Of a stretch of 47,829 nt of DNA, positions 1 through 11,856 are shown one piece after another. How positions within the stretch are numbered: the first letter of the stretch is position 1; the number at the start of each line of letters is the position of its first letter. Source of the stretch: Octopus sinensis (lineage: Eukaryota); NCBI RefSeq assembly GCF_006345805.1, contig NW_021834562.1, forward strand, positions 1 through 47,829, written 5' to 3'. Under the pieces are notes generated by a model. It saw only the letters and a list, made by a program, of their open reading frames with translations, did not search any database and had not been told where the DNA came from. A program made the translations under genes and the position numbers.

Positions 1-1277
1 TATGAGATGATTATAAAGTCAGAAAGCAAGCATACCATGGGTTCGTCATATATATATAGAAACGCAAATACACATATTCACATGCACACAAGCATGTATG
101 TATGTAATATATCTATGTATATAACCTAGTAGATACACAAAATTTAATTCCATAGATGGCAAAAAAAATAATGAACGATAATCGATTTTCGACTATTATT
201 GAGTTCTCAGAAGAGGTGTTTGCACCAAGTTGGTCTATCACAAAAAATACAAGCAGCCAACCTGCTTATATCATAAAAAAAGATCCAGGTGCTACTAATT
301 TGCATAGTATAAGTGTATAGGGATCTCAATCCACGCCGTATCAAGTATGATATAAGTAATCTATATAATAGATATATAAAGAGGGTTGATTTAGCTATTT
401 CTCCGTTGACTGAAAACTAAATGATCGATTATCGAATCATGTGGTTGTATTTTATTTTGCTGAATCCTGGAAAGTGGGAGTTTAAAAAAAAGTTTAGTAA
501 AAGATAAGGGAGATACCTTAAAAAGTTTCGGAAGTACTCTAATCAAATCGCGTAAGGTATTAACGTGAATTATATTAACTAAACATTACGTTGTTATCTG
601 ATTAATAATTCTGGCTCATGCTATACGCGAATGTTACTATACAAGAAATTCCAGTTATTCTTAAGTTCTTAAAAGCATAGCTGGAAATTATAATGTATTA
701 GGATAAAATTTTTCAGCCATTTAGAGCGCACTGATAGGAAGAAGATTATCTTTATTATATTATATGATTACGAAATGGAGAATGGATGGTTATCATCTTC
801 CACTACTAATAGTATGTATCGGAGAATCAGCTAAAATGGCGGCTGCTTGAATCTTTTCCTCTTTTTTTTTTCTTCATCTGGTCTCTGCAAATCTTTCGTC
901 CACGTAGTATTTAATAGCGAAAATATGTAGTTCATCGAGCAGCAGTTAGTGAAAATGCTGGATGCAACTAACATTTGCAATTATTTATGTAACGTTATAT
1001 AGTTTAGAAAGTTCGTTTCCTAGCCTCGAGGTTTCCACTGCAGTCTCACTGCTCATCAGGACGATCAATGCCTTGTGAGTGACTTTCGGAAGCTCGCCAA
1101 TATATATGTATATAATGGAGAAATTATACAAAATTTTACAAAAGTAGATGATGAGTAAAGCACCGGCACAGTTTCGATTACCTGTTGTTATCCGTAGATT
1201 TATTGCAGGAAATTCGTAGTGGTGGTTTGAGTAACATCATTAATAAAATAGATGGAATGAGCAAAAGATTCTATTTG

Positions 1278-1319
1278 GTACGATACATGTTTCGACCCGT
1301 TCTGGATCTCTTCGGGTAC
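1278..1319 (-). ncRNA. Hammerhead-like motif, type I variant
   Basis: Minus strand reads GUAC-CCGAAGA-GAUCC-AGAAC-GGGUC-GAAAC-AU-GUA-uc-GUAC. U4C core, paired helix II, palindromic ACAUGU helix III, 2 extra nt before the 3' arm of helix I. Confidence 0.6.
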
Positions 1320-1389
1320 ATCAATAAGTCTCACTAAAGTTTTCTGATTCGGTTTTACGTACCGCTAAATGTCCATCAACTTTATATAT

Positions 1390-1620
1390 ATATATTATTC
1401 AAAGAAATTCCAACTCTGTCCGTTTTTTGTTTTATTTATATTCTTTATAATATTAATGTAGAATATAGAATGTATAGTATAAATAATATATATATATATA
1501 TAGTAAAATGAAATGAAGTATTGATTGTCTTATTGAATAGATGAAATATTGAATATAAAATATTAAGGGACTAGTACACTTTCATGCGTTATAGCAGTCT
1601 TCAAGGTCCCAGGTTGTGAT
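1390..1620 (-). mobile_element. Short non-coding HHR-bearing element (Penelope pLTR/retrozyme-like); inverted copy at 9025-9250
   Basis: About 230 bp near-identical to the reverse complement of 9025-9250, adjacent to (TA)n. Carries the HHR-like motif at 1567-1610. Confidence 0.7.
1567..1610 (-). ncRNA. Hammerhead-like motif with CUUGAAGA core
   Basis: GGGAC-CUUGAAGA-cUGC-uauaac-GCAu-GAAA-GUGUAC-UA-GUCCC. 5-bp helix I, near-palindromic helix III. Confidence 0.55.
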
Positions 1621-1743
1621 ATTTAAACACATAAGAGATGGCCATAACAGGACATCTGACCCGCTAGAAAAATTTGTTAAACTCCACATAACTATTAGGG
1701 GCAATTTCGAAAGGGAATGAAAAATAAAAACATTTACCCTCTA

Positions 1744-1818
1744 TTTCCTGTACTATGGTTTCAAGCTATCTTCAGCAAATAAAACAATTTACTAGGTGAA
1801 GCTCTCATCAGCAGGAAA
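1744..1818 (-). ncRNA. Type I hammerhead ribozyme, canonical core
   Basis: UUUCCUG-CUGAUGA-GAGCU...AGCUU-GAAAC-CAUA-GUA-CAGGAAA. 7-bp helix I, helix II, helix III, GUA triplet. Predicted cut between 1751 and 1750. Confidence 0.85.
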
Positions 1819-1842
1819 GCCAAGATTAACATATAAAGACGA

Positions 1843-1932
1843 GGCGATACAGAACATTGTTAGCACACTGGACAAAATGCTAAGCTGCCTTCCGTCCGCC
1901 TTCGTTCTGAGTTCAAACCTTGTCTAGGTCAA
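1843..1932 (+). mobile_element. SINE family A, degraded 5' fragment
   Basis: Similar to the family A head (gttagcac...aaatgctaagc...gttctgagttcaaa). Confidence 0.6.
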
Positions 1933-1960
1933 CACACGTAGATATACACATTTATAAATA

Positions 1961-2118
1961 TGGCGGGTTTGCTCCTTTTAACTTTCCGTCTACCGAATCC
2001 ATACACCAAAGCTTTGATTGGCCGATAGCTAAAGAAGACACTTGTGTAAGGCCCCACGCAGTGGAATCGTAACTAGAACCATGTCATTGTAAAGCAAACT
2101 TCTACCATCACAGCCACA
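1961..2118 (-). mobile_element. SINE family B, degraded 5' half
   Basis: Reverse-complement similarity to 7218-7372. Confidence 0.7.
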
Positions 2119-2137
2119 TTTAACAAAGAAACATATT

Positions 2138-2472
2138 TTTTTCTTCCCTTTCTTCACCCTTATCTTCTGCCTCTTTTCGCTTCTTTTTCTTCCCTTTCTT
2201 CACCCTTATCTTCTGCCTCTTTTCGCTTCTTTTTCTTCCCTTTCTTCACCCTTATCTTCTGCCTCTTTTCGCTTCTTTTTCTTCCCTTTCTTCACCCTTA
2301 TCTTCTGCCTCTTTTCGCTTCTTTTTCTTCCTTTCTTCTTCACCCGTATCCTGCTCTTTTCGCTTCTTCTTTTTCTTCCCTTTCTTCACCCTTATCTTCT
2401 GCCTCTTTTCGCTTCTTTTTCTTCCCTTTCTTCACCCTTATCTTCTGCCTCTTTTCGCTTCTTTTTCTTCCC
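2138..2472. repeat. 46-bp polypyrimidine minisatellite, about 7 copies
   Basis: Unit TTTTTCTTCCCTTTCTTCACCCTTATCTTCTGCCTCTTTTCGCTTC starts at 2138, 2184, 2230 and 2276. A variant unit starts near 2322, then perfect units resume. Confidence 0.95.
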
Positions 2473-3434
2473 TCCCACTACATTTTTCTCTCGTTCTAAA
2501 TTTCTTGTTTTCGAGCGGATCTTTTAATGCCGAAATAATTTTTCCTTTTCTCTGCTATCACGACATGTATTTAATTTAAATCTCTCTGCCAGTCTTTACA
2601 TGATATATTAAGGGATTAGGCACGGTTTTAACTAGTGTCCATGTTGGGCGTTTTCGCTTGTTATTTTTTCTATTATGTTTTTTTTTGCTTCTTTCCGTTT
2701 ATTCTTGTAATCGTGTATTACAATTCGTGTGAGAACTTTTATTCAAATACACAATCTACAAGACTTAATCTACAAGACTGTTTGACATGACATTAATAAA
2801 TATATTGAATACTCATTTGTTAGCTGTCAATATGGCTAATATTTGCCTCACACCGAGCTTAACAGTTATTATTAAAAAACAAAGAGGGACATAGACAGAC
2901 AGACAGACAGATAGAGAGAGAAACAAAGAAACGGGCGAGGGAAAAAGCGAGAAACGTAATTACAGAGATGTCATTTGGTGATCGGCACAAGCACATACCA
3001 ATATTGGGAATGTTCTGAATATCGAAGACAACCACAGAAACACTAAAATATGCTAATACATTTATAGAATTAGAAAAATATGCTTGCATACAAATGTAAC
3101 AATTTGTGTAGCTACATTGTTATATGTTTATATGGTTTGCACTAATTCGTTTGAATTATCTAATTATGAAAAATTATGGTCGATACTACACTGACATGAA
3201 TGGCTGCATGGCTTTTTTTTTTCTATTTTCCTTTCTCCATGTTTCAAATGTGTGCGTCGTTTTAGAGAGCGGAGTGCATGTGTCTTCGAAAGTTTGAACA
3301 CGGATGTGTTTATCTCAGGCAACTTAGCAACTTCGTAAAAGGAAAACTACTAAATTAGCACGAGATTGGAGTATGTAGTCTTGTACCCCAGCTTGGTCGC
3401 ATTCCAAACTACGGAAACTAGTAAAAGAATTAGC

Positions 3435-3676
<242 letters not shown>

Positions 3677-4214
3677 TGTGTGTGTATATGTATGTATATA
3701 TTATCATTGCTATTAGTAAAGCACGTATGTTAGAAACTACAATATATTCCATTATGGCGGTTCTTCATTACGAATAATTATAATTATCATGTGAGTGGAA
3801 CTAAGTGAATGCAAATATAACAATAATTAACAATAGTTTTAGTTACATTAACTAATTAAAATAGATTATTCCATATCGTATCCAGCACTTCAGGATATTA
3901 CGGCTAAGATGCCATTAATTCAAACGCGTAGAAAACACTTCAAAATATTTTGAGTTGTTTGTGTTTAAAATTTCATTGAATAACTCTTTTGTCGCTGTCG
4001 TTCTTGCTTTTGTTGTCATAGTGATTGTTGCTTTTCTGGCTGTTTAGCCCCCGGTCAACCTTCGTCAAGTGGACCGAAAGTCATTCCACTTATGATTATC
4101 GAGTTGTTTTACGTAAAGGCTTTGACAAAGATGAAGACGTGAAGACTGAATCGTCAACGAAGGAGGATTTTAAAATGTCACTTATCTAAAACAGGGAAGG
4201 CTTTCAATCTTTCT

Positions 4215-4455
4215 CTCTTTAATGTTTTTTTATTACTTGTTTCAGTAATTGGATTGCGGCCATGCTGGAGCATCTCCTTCAAGAATTTCGTTTTATTCGA
4301 ACAAATCAACCTCGGTAATAATATTTGATAGAACACTGCTACTTATTCTATCTTTCTTTTTGGTCGAACCGCTAAATTATGGGGAAGTAAGCGCGCCAAA
4401 ACCATTTGTCATGCGATGGTGGGGAATAAATACAGACATAAACATACACGCAAAC
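4215..4455 (-). mobile_element. SINE family B, 3' half
   Basis: ttacttgtttcagt...gcggccatgctggagca matches the reverse complement of the family B tail. Confidence 0.8.
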
Positions 4456-4459
4456 ATAT

Positions 4460-5330
4460 AAAGACGGTGGGGGTAAATTGTATTCTATATTCTATATCTT
4501 TAAATTTGCGCATGCGCATTGATTGTATTTTATTTTGTCGTCTACACGGCATATTAGGGTCAGTCGGGCACCGTTTATGAGAAAAACAGCACCATGACAC
4601 ATTTCCCTGTGCCAGAAATTTGGAAACGACATTTTGTACTCTTTGGCATTCGCGCTGGAATCGCCAGTACGAACATTTCAGAGTGTTTAAGTGTCAATCT
4701 GAAGCTATGTACCGATAGCGAGGAAAATCAAAGATCCAGTCAACATCACGGTGTTCGTAGTGATCAATTCATCTTCCCAACCGGCTTCACACTCAACACG
4801 GAGGCCTACATCAAGTGCCTGAAGGAGGTAGTGCTGCCCTGGGTCAAGAGCTGGCAGAAACGTTAGCACGCTGGGTGAAATGCTTAGCGGTATTTCGTCT
4901 GCCGCTACGTTCTGAGTTCAAATTTCACCGAGGTCACATTGAACTTTGCCTTTTATCCTTTCGGGGTCGATAAATTAAGTACCAGCTGCGCACTGGGGTC
5001 GATGTAATCGACTTAATCCCTGTGCCTGTCCTTGTTTGTCCCCTCTGTGTTTAGCCCCTTGTGGGCAATAAAAAATAAGAACGTGGCTACTAGAAGACCC
5101 TGTGTCTGGCAACAGGACTTTGCACCATGCCACACAAGCAGGAGAACCCAGTCGTGGCTGTCAGACAATTTCTGCGACCACATCGCCCCTAACATCTGGA
5201 CACCTAACTTCCCAGACTGCAACCCTCTTGATTATTATGTGTCGGGGTCAGTTGAGCGACAGACCAACAAAACTCCTTGTAACATCAAATACGAACTGAA
5301 GGCAAGGATTATGGCAGCATTCACCAACCC
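4460..5330 (+). mobile_element. Tc1/mariner transposon relic, DD37D (maT-type), internally deleted and SINE-interrupted
   Basis: LNTEAYIKCLKEVVLPWVK | NVATRRPCVWQQDFAPCHTSRRTQSWL...WTPNFPDCNPLDYYV. 37 residues between the second and third catalytic Asp. N-terminal piece at 4594. Confidence 0.85.
4850..5080 (+). mobile_element. SINE family A inserted in the transposase
   Basis: gctggcagaaacgttagc...gagttcaaat (B-box-like)...ctttgccttttatcctttcggggtcgataaattaagtaccag. AAGA at both junctions. Confidence 0.9.
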
Positions 5331-5339
5331 GATCAAAAG

Positions 5340-5505
5340 ACAAAGACAGGTGTATGAACAACAAGCAGTGTATTAGTTTGACGCTCGGGAAAATGAAAAT
5401 GTCTTTTACTTTTCGAGCCTACGCTCTTTAACAGAAAGGAATAAGAGAACATATACAGAGAATGGAAAAAAGCTTGTAGATTCCAGCGGCCCAGCATCGC
5501 GAATA
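5340..5505 (-). mobile_element. Short HHR-bearing element, decayed HHR at 5403-5438
   Basis: CUUU-CUGUUAA-a-GAGC-GUAG-GCUC-GAAA-AGUA-AAAG. Same family as 12880-13030, related to 9310-9508. Confidence 0.65.
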
Positions 5506-5523
5506 CTTATATACATATATTAT

Positions 5524-5720
5524 ACTTCTTTTACTTGTTTCAGTTATTTGACTGTGGCTATGCTGGAGCACTACCTTTAGTCGAAAAGATCGACCCCAGG
5601 ATATATTTTTTGTAATCCTAGTACCTATTTATTCGGTCTCTTTTGCCGAAAGGCTATATTACGGGGAGGTAAACACACAAACATCTGTTGGTAAGCGATG
5701 GTGTGGACAAACACAAACAT

Positions 5721-5725
<5 letters not shown>
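5524..5725 (-). mobile_element. SINE family B, 3' half, running into mixed (TA)/(CA)/(TACA) microsatellite to about 6050
   Basis: Reverse complement of the family B tail. Confidence 0.85.
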
Positions 5726-5757
<32 letters not shown>

Positions 5758-5866
5758 AGCGTGTGTGTGTATATATATGTGTGAGTGTGCATGTATAACT
5801 ATTCCTGTGTATATATATTTACACACACACACACACACATACACACGCACACATACACACACACAC

Positions 5867-5898
<32 letters not shown>

Positions 5899-5952
5899 AT
5901 ATTCATATATGTGCACACAGGAATATGGGCGCACAGACAAAGAAATATATCA

Positions 5953-6057
<105 letters not shown>

Positions 6058-6609
6058 TTATATTGTACAGCACGCATATTGTGATATATGTGTCTACATG
6101 TGTATACATTTAACTGATTCTGGTGATTAATTAGGTTTGTGTATTTTGGTATCCAGATGTCTTTTAATTGAAATACAAAAGACGTATTCGAAAAGCGCTT
6201 TATTCTGTCTCCGCCACGACAGTCCGTCTGTCTCCATTTCGTATATAACTGTGCAACTTCGTCACATGATTAACTGAATCATTTTAGCGTTTTGATTTAC
6301 AATCTTTTAAGTTTGGTGTATGATGGACAAATTATATTTGAATCGAGGTCGTTTGGAGATTTTGTTCATGAATATGCATGAGATATATTCAGTCATGTAT
6401 TGTAATGTGCGTGCATGTGTGTATATGTGGGAGTATGCATATATGTAAATATATATGAGCGTCTGTCTATGTATCTGGTTGTGCGTATGAATGCATATAT
6501 GAACCTAAGTGGGAAGTAGTAATCCGGCTATTGGTCCATGATAAACTGCTTTAAGGATCAATGTTAATATCATCACAGAGCGTTCTTCTAACACATCCAT
6601 GCATAGTCT

Positions 6610-7195
6610 TCTGCTAGCCTTGTGCCAAAATTTAAAACCCCGTTACCGGGCCGAACAAAATGCTAGTGGCATTTCGTCCGTCTTTACGTTCAAATTTCGC
6701 TTTACCTTTTCCTCTTTTCAGGGTCAATTCAATAAGTACCACTTGCGCACTGGGATAGATGTAATCAACTTACTCCTCTCCTAAAATTGCTGGCCTTGTG
6801 CAAAAATTTGAAACCACGTTACTGTGCCGGATAAAATGCTTAATGGCATTTCGTCCGTCTTTACATTCTGATTTCAAAATTCCGCCGAGGTTGACTTTGC
6901 CTTTCATTACTTCAGGGTCGATAAAATAAGTGCTAGTTGAGCACTGGGGTCGATGTAATCGACTTTACTCCACTCTCAAAATTACTGGCCTGGTGCGAAA
7001 ATTTGAAGCCAATATTAAGGCGGCGACGGGTCAGAATCGTTAACAAGTTTTTACGTTTTGATTTCAAAAAGTCGACTTTGCCTTTCATGCTTTCGCTTCT
7101 ATAAAATATAAACCAGTTGAATACTGGGGTCATTGTAACCGACTTTACCCTTTCCATCGAAATTGTTGTCGTGGTGCAAAATTTGAAAGCAGTAT
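6610..7195 (+). mobile_element. Head-to-tail cluster of degraded family A SINEs
   Basis: Repeated gcatttcgtccgtctttac...ggtcga...ggccttgtgc-aaaatttgaaa modules. Confidence 0.8.
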
Positions 7196-7217
7196 CATAT
7201 ATACCAAACATTTCACT

Positions 7218-7415
7218 GAGTGGTTGTGTGGTAAGTAGCTTGCTTAGCAACCACATGGTTCCGGGTTCAGACCCACTGCGTAGCACCTTGGGCAAGTGTC
7301 TTCTACTATAGCCCCGGGCCGACCAAAGCCTTGTGAGTGGATTTGGTAGACGAAAACTAAAAGAAGCCCGTCGTATATATGTATATGTATGTATATATAT
7401 ATGCATGTGTGTGTT

Positions 7416-7456
<41 letters not shown>

Positions 7457-7768
7457 TGTGTGTGTGTGTGTGTTTGCGTGTGTCCCTCCAACATCACTTG
7501 ACAACCCATGCTGGTGTGTTTACGTCCCCGTAACTTAATGGTTCGGCAAAAGAGACCGATAGAATAAATACTAGGCTTACAAAAAATAAGTCCTGGGGTC
7601 GATGTTGGTGTGTTTACGGCCCCATAAGTTAGCGGTCCTATACAAGATACCTATAGAATAAATACTAGGCTTACAAAAAATAAGTCCTGTGGTCGATTTG
7701 CTCGACTAAAAGGCGGTGCTCCAGCATGACCACAGTCAAATGACTGAAACAAGTAAAAGAGTAAAGAG
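7218..7768 (+). mobile_element. SINE family B, full length, with internal microsatellite and about 92-bp internal tandem duplication
   Basis: tRNA-like head (gtggttgtgtggtaag...ggttccgggttcag), accttgggcaagt central motif, (TA)/(TG) tract, tail ...gactgaaacaagtaaaagagtaaa. Segment about 7512-7603 repeated at about 7604-7697. Confidence 0.9.
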
Positions 7769-8257
7769 ACTACTAACATTGTTCCAAAATTTGAAAAAAA
7801 AAATATTTTGGCATAATCTCTTCTACGCATTCGGTTAAAAATTCCGCTGATGTGGAACCTGACCTTAATTCTTCATCGATACGAAAAATTATATTCCATA
7901 TTTAATTTTAAAAAAAAAAAAGCTTTCTCTACCCTTTTCGCACCCAAATTAATCTTTTAGATAGAAATTGTTCTTATCATTAAGGTTATGATTTTATTAA
8001 TTAAAAATTTGGGGGTCACTTTATCAAATATGCCGGCGATTGTTTTAAAAGTAATTACTGATCGACTTTTGCGATCGATATAATCGATTGTTCTCTTTCT
8101 CACAAAAAACAAGAAATCAATAAGGCCGGTACTTCTGATGTGTGAAGAGCTCAACAATTAGCTTTATTTATCCTTCTGCTAGGGATAATTATATTATCAT
8201 TAAAAAAAATGGTTTTCCTTTTAAAACTAAATAATACCGTTAATGGTAATATTAATT

Positions 8258-8672
8258 CTTTCTTAATTTGGCACAAGGAGAGTGCTTTTGAGGGGAGGGG
8301 GAAAGTCGATTTCATCGATACAAGTCCTTAACTGGTACTGGAAACAAGCCTGACCCGAAGTTAACCAGTAATAGCAGCAACACCATTTCGTAATCTTGTA
8401 TATTAGATGTTGCTAAGAGACAAATTTTGAAATTGAAAAAAAAAACACAAAAACAAACTCGAAAATATTTGGGGGAAACCCTTTTCATGAATTCTAAGGT
8501 TAAACGGTACTTATTTGTGCCGGTTAAACGGTCAAACTGGCACTATTTTATCGACACCGAAAGAGTGAAAGGCAAAGTCGATCTCGGTGTAATTTGAACT
8601 CAGAACCGTAAAGCTTCGAAAGAAAAGCTGCTAAGCATTTTTGCCATACGCGCAAACGATTCTACTCAGCAC
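8258..8672 (-). mobile_element. SINE family A, degraded and interrupted
   Basis: gaaaggcaaagtcga...atttgaactcagaac matches the reverse complement of family A. Confidence 0.7.
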
Positions 8673-8965
8673 TATTCAACATTGCCTCAGGCCCCTTTCT
8701 TTCCTTTTGGTATGTTTATCAATCCCAACATTCTTTGTTCCGCGGCTAGCTTGGGGAAACGCTTGCACGTTATCGGCGTACGATTTTCGTATTGTCGTGA
8801 TAATGTAGTTTGTTATTTGGCGCTTATTTCTCCTGCCAACGATAACGGAAAGTACATAAAGACTGCAATCATCTGTGAAAATGGAGCGCTCACCATATAC
8901 GAATATGTGTCTGAGCATGTGTATATATATACATACGTACATACATACATACATACATACATACA

Positions 8966-9001
<36 letters not shown>

Positions 9002-9024
9002 TAAATAGACAGTTGAGACATTCC

Positions 9025-9250
9025 TGTCACAACCTGGGACCTTGAAGACTGCTTAAATGCAAGAAAGTATACTAGTCCCTTAATATTTTATATTCAACAT
9101 TTCATCTATTCAATAAGACAATCAATACTTCATTTCATTTTACTATATATATATTATTTATACTATATATTCTATATTCTACATTAATATTATAAAGAAT
9201 ATAAATAAAACATAAAAAACAGACAGAGTTGGAATTTCTTTGAATAATAT
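9025..9250 (+). mobile_element. Short HHR-bearing element; HHR-like motif at 9036-9079
   Basis: GGGAC-CUUGAAGA-cUGC-uuaaau-GCAa-GAAA-GUAUAC-UA-GUCCC with perfect palindrome AGUAUACU. Inverted copy of 1390-1620. Confidence 0.7.
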
Positions 9251-9309
9251 ATATCCCTCTATACACAATGATACAAACCCCTTTATATTTATATATATAT
9301 ATATATGAC

Positions 9310-9508
9310 CTCATGAGCACCGCCAGCAATTTTTTTCCTCTGTCTTCCCTTCTCGGGATCTTTCCTTCTCCTTTGTTTCCGACGAAGAGCTCTGCTCTAA
9401 ACGTTAAACCCTCTTTCTTCCCTTCTTTCCTGAGCGTTCAATAATACTATATTTGTTCCACGTCCTCGCGTTGTTGTGTTTTTTTGTGTTTTCTTGTTTG
9501 GATTAACT
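9310..9508 (+). mobile_element. Short HHR-bearing element between (TA)n tracts; minimal HHR at 9375-9409 with G12U
   Basis: GUUU-CCGACGA-a-GAGC-UCU-GCUC-uAAAC-GUU-AAAC. Loopless ACGU helix III. Confidence 0.65.
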
Positions 9509-9544
<36 letters not shown>

Positions 9545-9547
<3 letters not shown>

Positions 9548-9712
9548 GTGTGTTTCCAATGGTAACACATTTGTCGCGAAAACAAGGAGCTGTGAGTTCC
9601 TATCCATGCGTACAAAAACCCTATTTTTTCCATCGAGGGCTTATAGGCCCCATTATTAGACTATTCTTTAGTCAATACTCGGTGATCACTTATACGCTTT
9701 AAGCTCATAAAA
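9545..9712 (+). mobile_element. Probable retroposon 3' end with (ATT)n tail; inverted copy at 13090-13225
   Basis: Shared catgcgtac...tcgagggcttata-gcccc...ggtgatc-cttatacg...taagct, followed by (ATT)n. Confidence 0.6.
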
Positions 9713-9772
<60 letters not shown>

Positions 9773-9847
9773 CATTATTACTATTATCATTATTATTATT
9801 ATTTACAGAATTATAAAAAATGGTCACTGCTTACCAAAAGCCATCGC

Positions 9848-9904
<57 letters not shown>

Positions 9905-10222
9905 TTATTTATATATTTATATATACACACATACTTATATGTATGTGTTGTATGTATGCGTGTATACCTTTATGTGTATATCTATGTATGCAGTTGTGTA
10001 TGCATGTATGTATATATGTGGTTTTGTATGCGTGCGTTTTTCTTTTATACTGAAATGTTATTGAAAACACCAGACACGCTTAAGGGGCATACGATCTGTA
10101 TTACTGTGTGCGCGTATGTGTATCTATGTTTGTGTGTGTGTGTGCGTATGTATGTATGTATGTATGTGTGTGACTGTATGTCAATGAACGTGTGTCACTA
10201 TAAGTGTATGTCTGCGACTATG

Positions 10223-10257
<35 letters not shown>

Positions 10258-10563
10258 ATACATGTATGTTAATGTGTGTAGATTTGCGTCATCGTATTTC
10301 ATTGTTTAAATTTTCCCTCATTATAAATTCTGCCAATGTTTCCTTCAAGACCTCCAACCTCACACACAAACCTACACTTTGCTCATTTTCTTTTCTTTTC
10401 TTTTTCTTTTTCTCTTTTTTTTTTTGGTTTTGTTCCTAATATGAATTCAATTGCTTTCTTTCTAAAACACTTAAATATTCAATATTTAAACCGCCTTCGT
10501 CATTTCAGATGTAAATGTCTTAAATAAGAACATTATCAACGGGGAACTTGTTATTTTAGCATT

Positions 10564-10604
<41 letters not shown>

Positions 10605-10619
10605 TAATAATAATAATAA

Positions 10620-10833
10620 TCCTTTCTACTATAGGCACAACTCCTGAAATTGGGGGAAGATAACTAGTCGATTACATCGACCCCAGTGCTCAACTGGTAC
10701 TAATTTCATCACCCCCGAAAGGATGAAGGACAAAGCGAAACCCTTCAGAATTTGAACTCAGAACATAACGACGGATTAAATGCCACTAAGAATTTTGCCC
10801 GGTGTGCTAATAATTCTGCCAGCTCGCTGCCTT
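10620..10833 (-). mobile_element. SINE family A flanked by (AAT)n/(TAG)n
   Basis: Reverse complement of aaggcagcgagctggcagaatt... Confidence 0.85.
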
Positions 10834-10884
10834 TATAATAATAAATATTATAATAAAATAAAATAATAATAATAATAATAATAA

Positions 10885-10946
<62 letters not shown>

Positions 10947-10957
10947 ATTATGATAAC

Positions 10958-11440
10958 AGGGAGTGCATCAACAGTGAAAGAAGAAAGATGGCAGATTATT
11001 TGGTAAACAGTAAACAAGACCTGTTACAGAAGGATTTAGCAAAAATGTACTTGAGATTACTCTTCAATTCCGATCAAGAACAGCCAACGAGATAGAAGAA
11101 ACCCTATTCTGGGTGGAATTACATGGTCAGTTCCACCGTGACAGCATCAAATTAAAAGACCAGTAAGCATCATGGAGGTGGCTTAAAAAGGTTGATCTAA
11201 AAATTAATACGGAAAGCCTAGTAATCGCTGCTTAGGACCAGGCATTGAATACTAACTGAGTGAAAAAGAATACATATCACACAAGTGCAATGGACCTCTG
11301 CAGAACGTATGAGAAGAGGGTCGAAAGCGTGACTCATGGTGTTTGTGCTTGTGAAAGACTTGCACAGAAGGAGTACAAGCGTTGACACAACGAGGTAACT
11401 CAAATTCTCCACTGGCTACTATATCGTATGGGCTACTCGA
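10958..11440 (+). mobile_element. R4/Dong-like non-LTR retrotransposon relic (post-RT region and zinc knuckle)
   Basis: Manual translation: LHGQF...SWRWLKKVDLKINTESLVIAA*DQALNTN*VKKN...LCRTYEKRVESVTHGVCACERLAQKEYKR*HNEVTQILHW. Matches the AAQDQAL / CxxC-H-C / YxxRHN motifs, with three stops. Confidence 0.8.
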
Positions 11441-11541
11441 CCAGAAAAAAATTCTAACTGGACCCCACCTGCAAGGTCATGCGCTATTTATCTTAATATG
11501 AGATCACCATGTCGCGCATATATGGTTGTCATGATGGGTAT

Positions 11542-11856
11542 CATCATCATTGTTCGACCGTGGTCGAGACAATGGAATTTACCATGTTGCGCCAGACTTC
11601 ACGGTCCATCATAGCATTACGGAGGTCCTGTTGCTGGATGCCTGTATCCCTGGAGATTACATCAGGGTAGGAGAGTGTGCGCCCTCTGGTGTTGCGAGTA
11701 GATGGCTTCCAGAGGAGAAGAGTAGAAATTACTTCTTTTTCAGCTCTACAACAATGTCCAGCAAACTGGACTCTCCTACCTTTCACAAGGGATGACACAG
11801 GTGGTAATTTCCCATATATTTGCATTTTGGTTGGATGGCGCCTCCACGAGAGATTT
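11542..11856 (-). mobile_element. RTE-type LINE, 5'-truncated 3' end with 10-bp TSD
   Basis: ORF end SWRRHPTKMQIYGKLPPVSSLVKGRRVQFAGHCCR...AMMDREVWRNMVNS, (TGA)n tail. TGATGGGTAT at 11532-11541 and 11857-11866. Confidence 0.9.

Noticed and set aside
833-843. YY1-like AAAATGGCGGC
   Set aside because: Isolated short motif with no other promoter evidence.
1015-1062. Minus-strand CUGAUGA-GCAGU/ACUGC...GAAAC
   Set aside because: Four extra nt before GAAA, no U16.1, and it lies in what looks like a degraded family B SINE.
2138-2472. CRISPR-like regular repeat
   Set aside because: No unique spacers, no cas genes, eukaryotic context.
9592-9708. Twister-like pattern on the minus strand (UAA...AAGCCC...GAUAG)
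   Set aside because: T2 spacing is wrong, the second copy lacks the T1 partner, and a G-U pair plus the (ATT)n tail indicate the fold belongs to the + strand.
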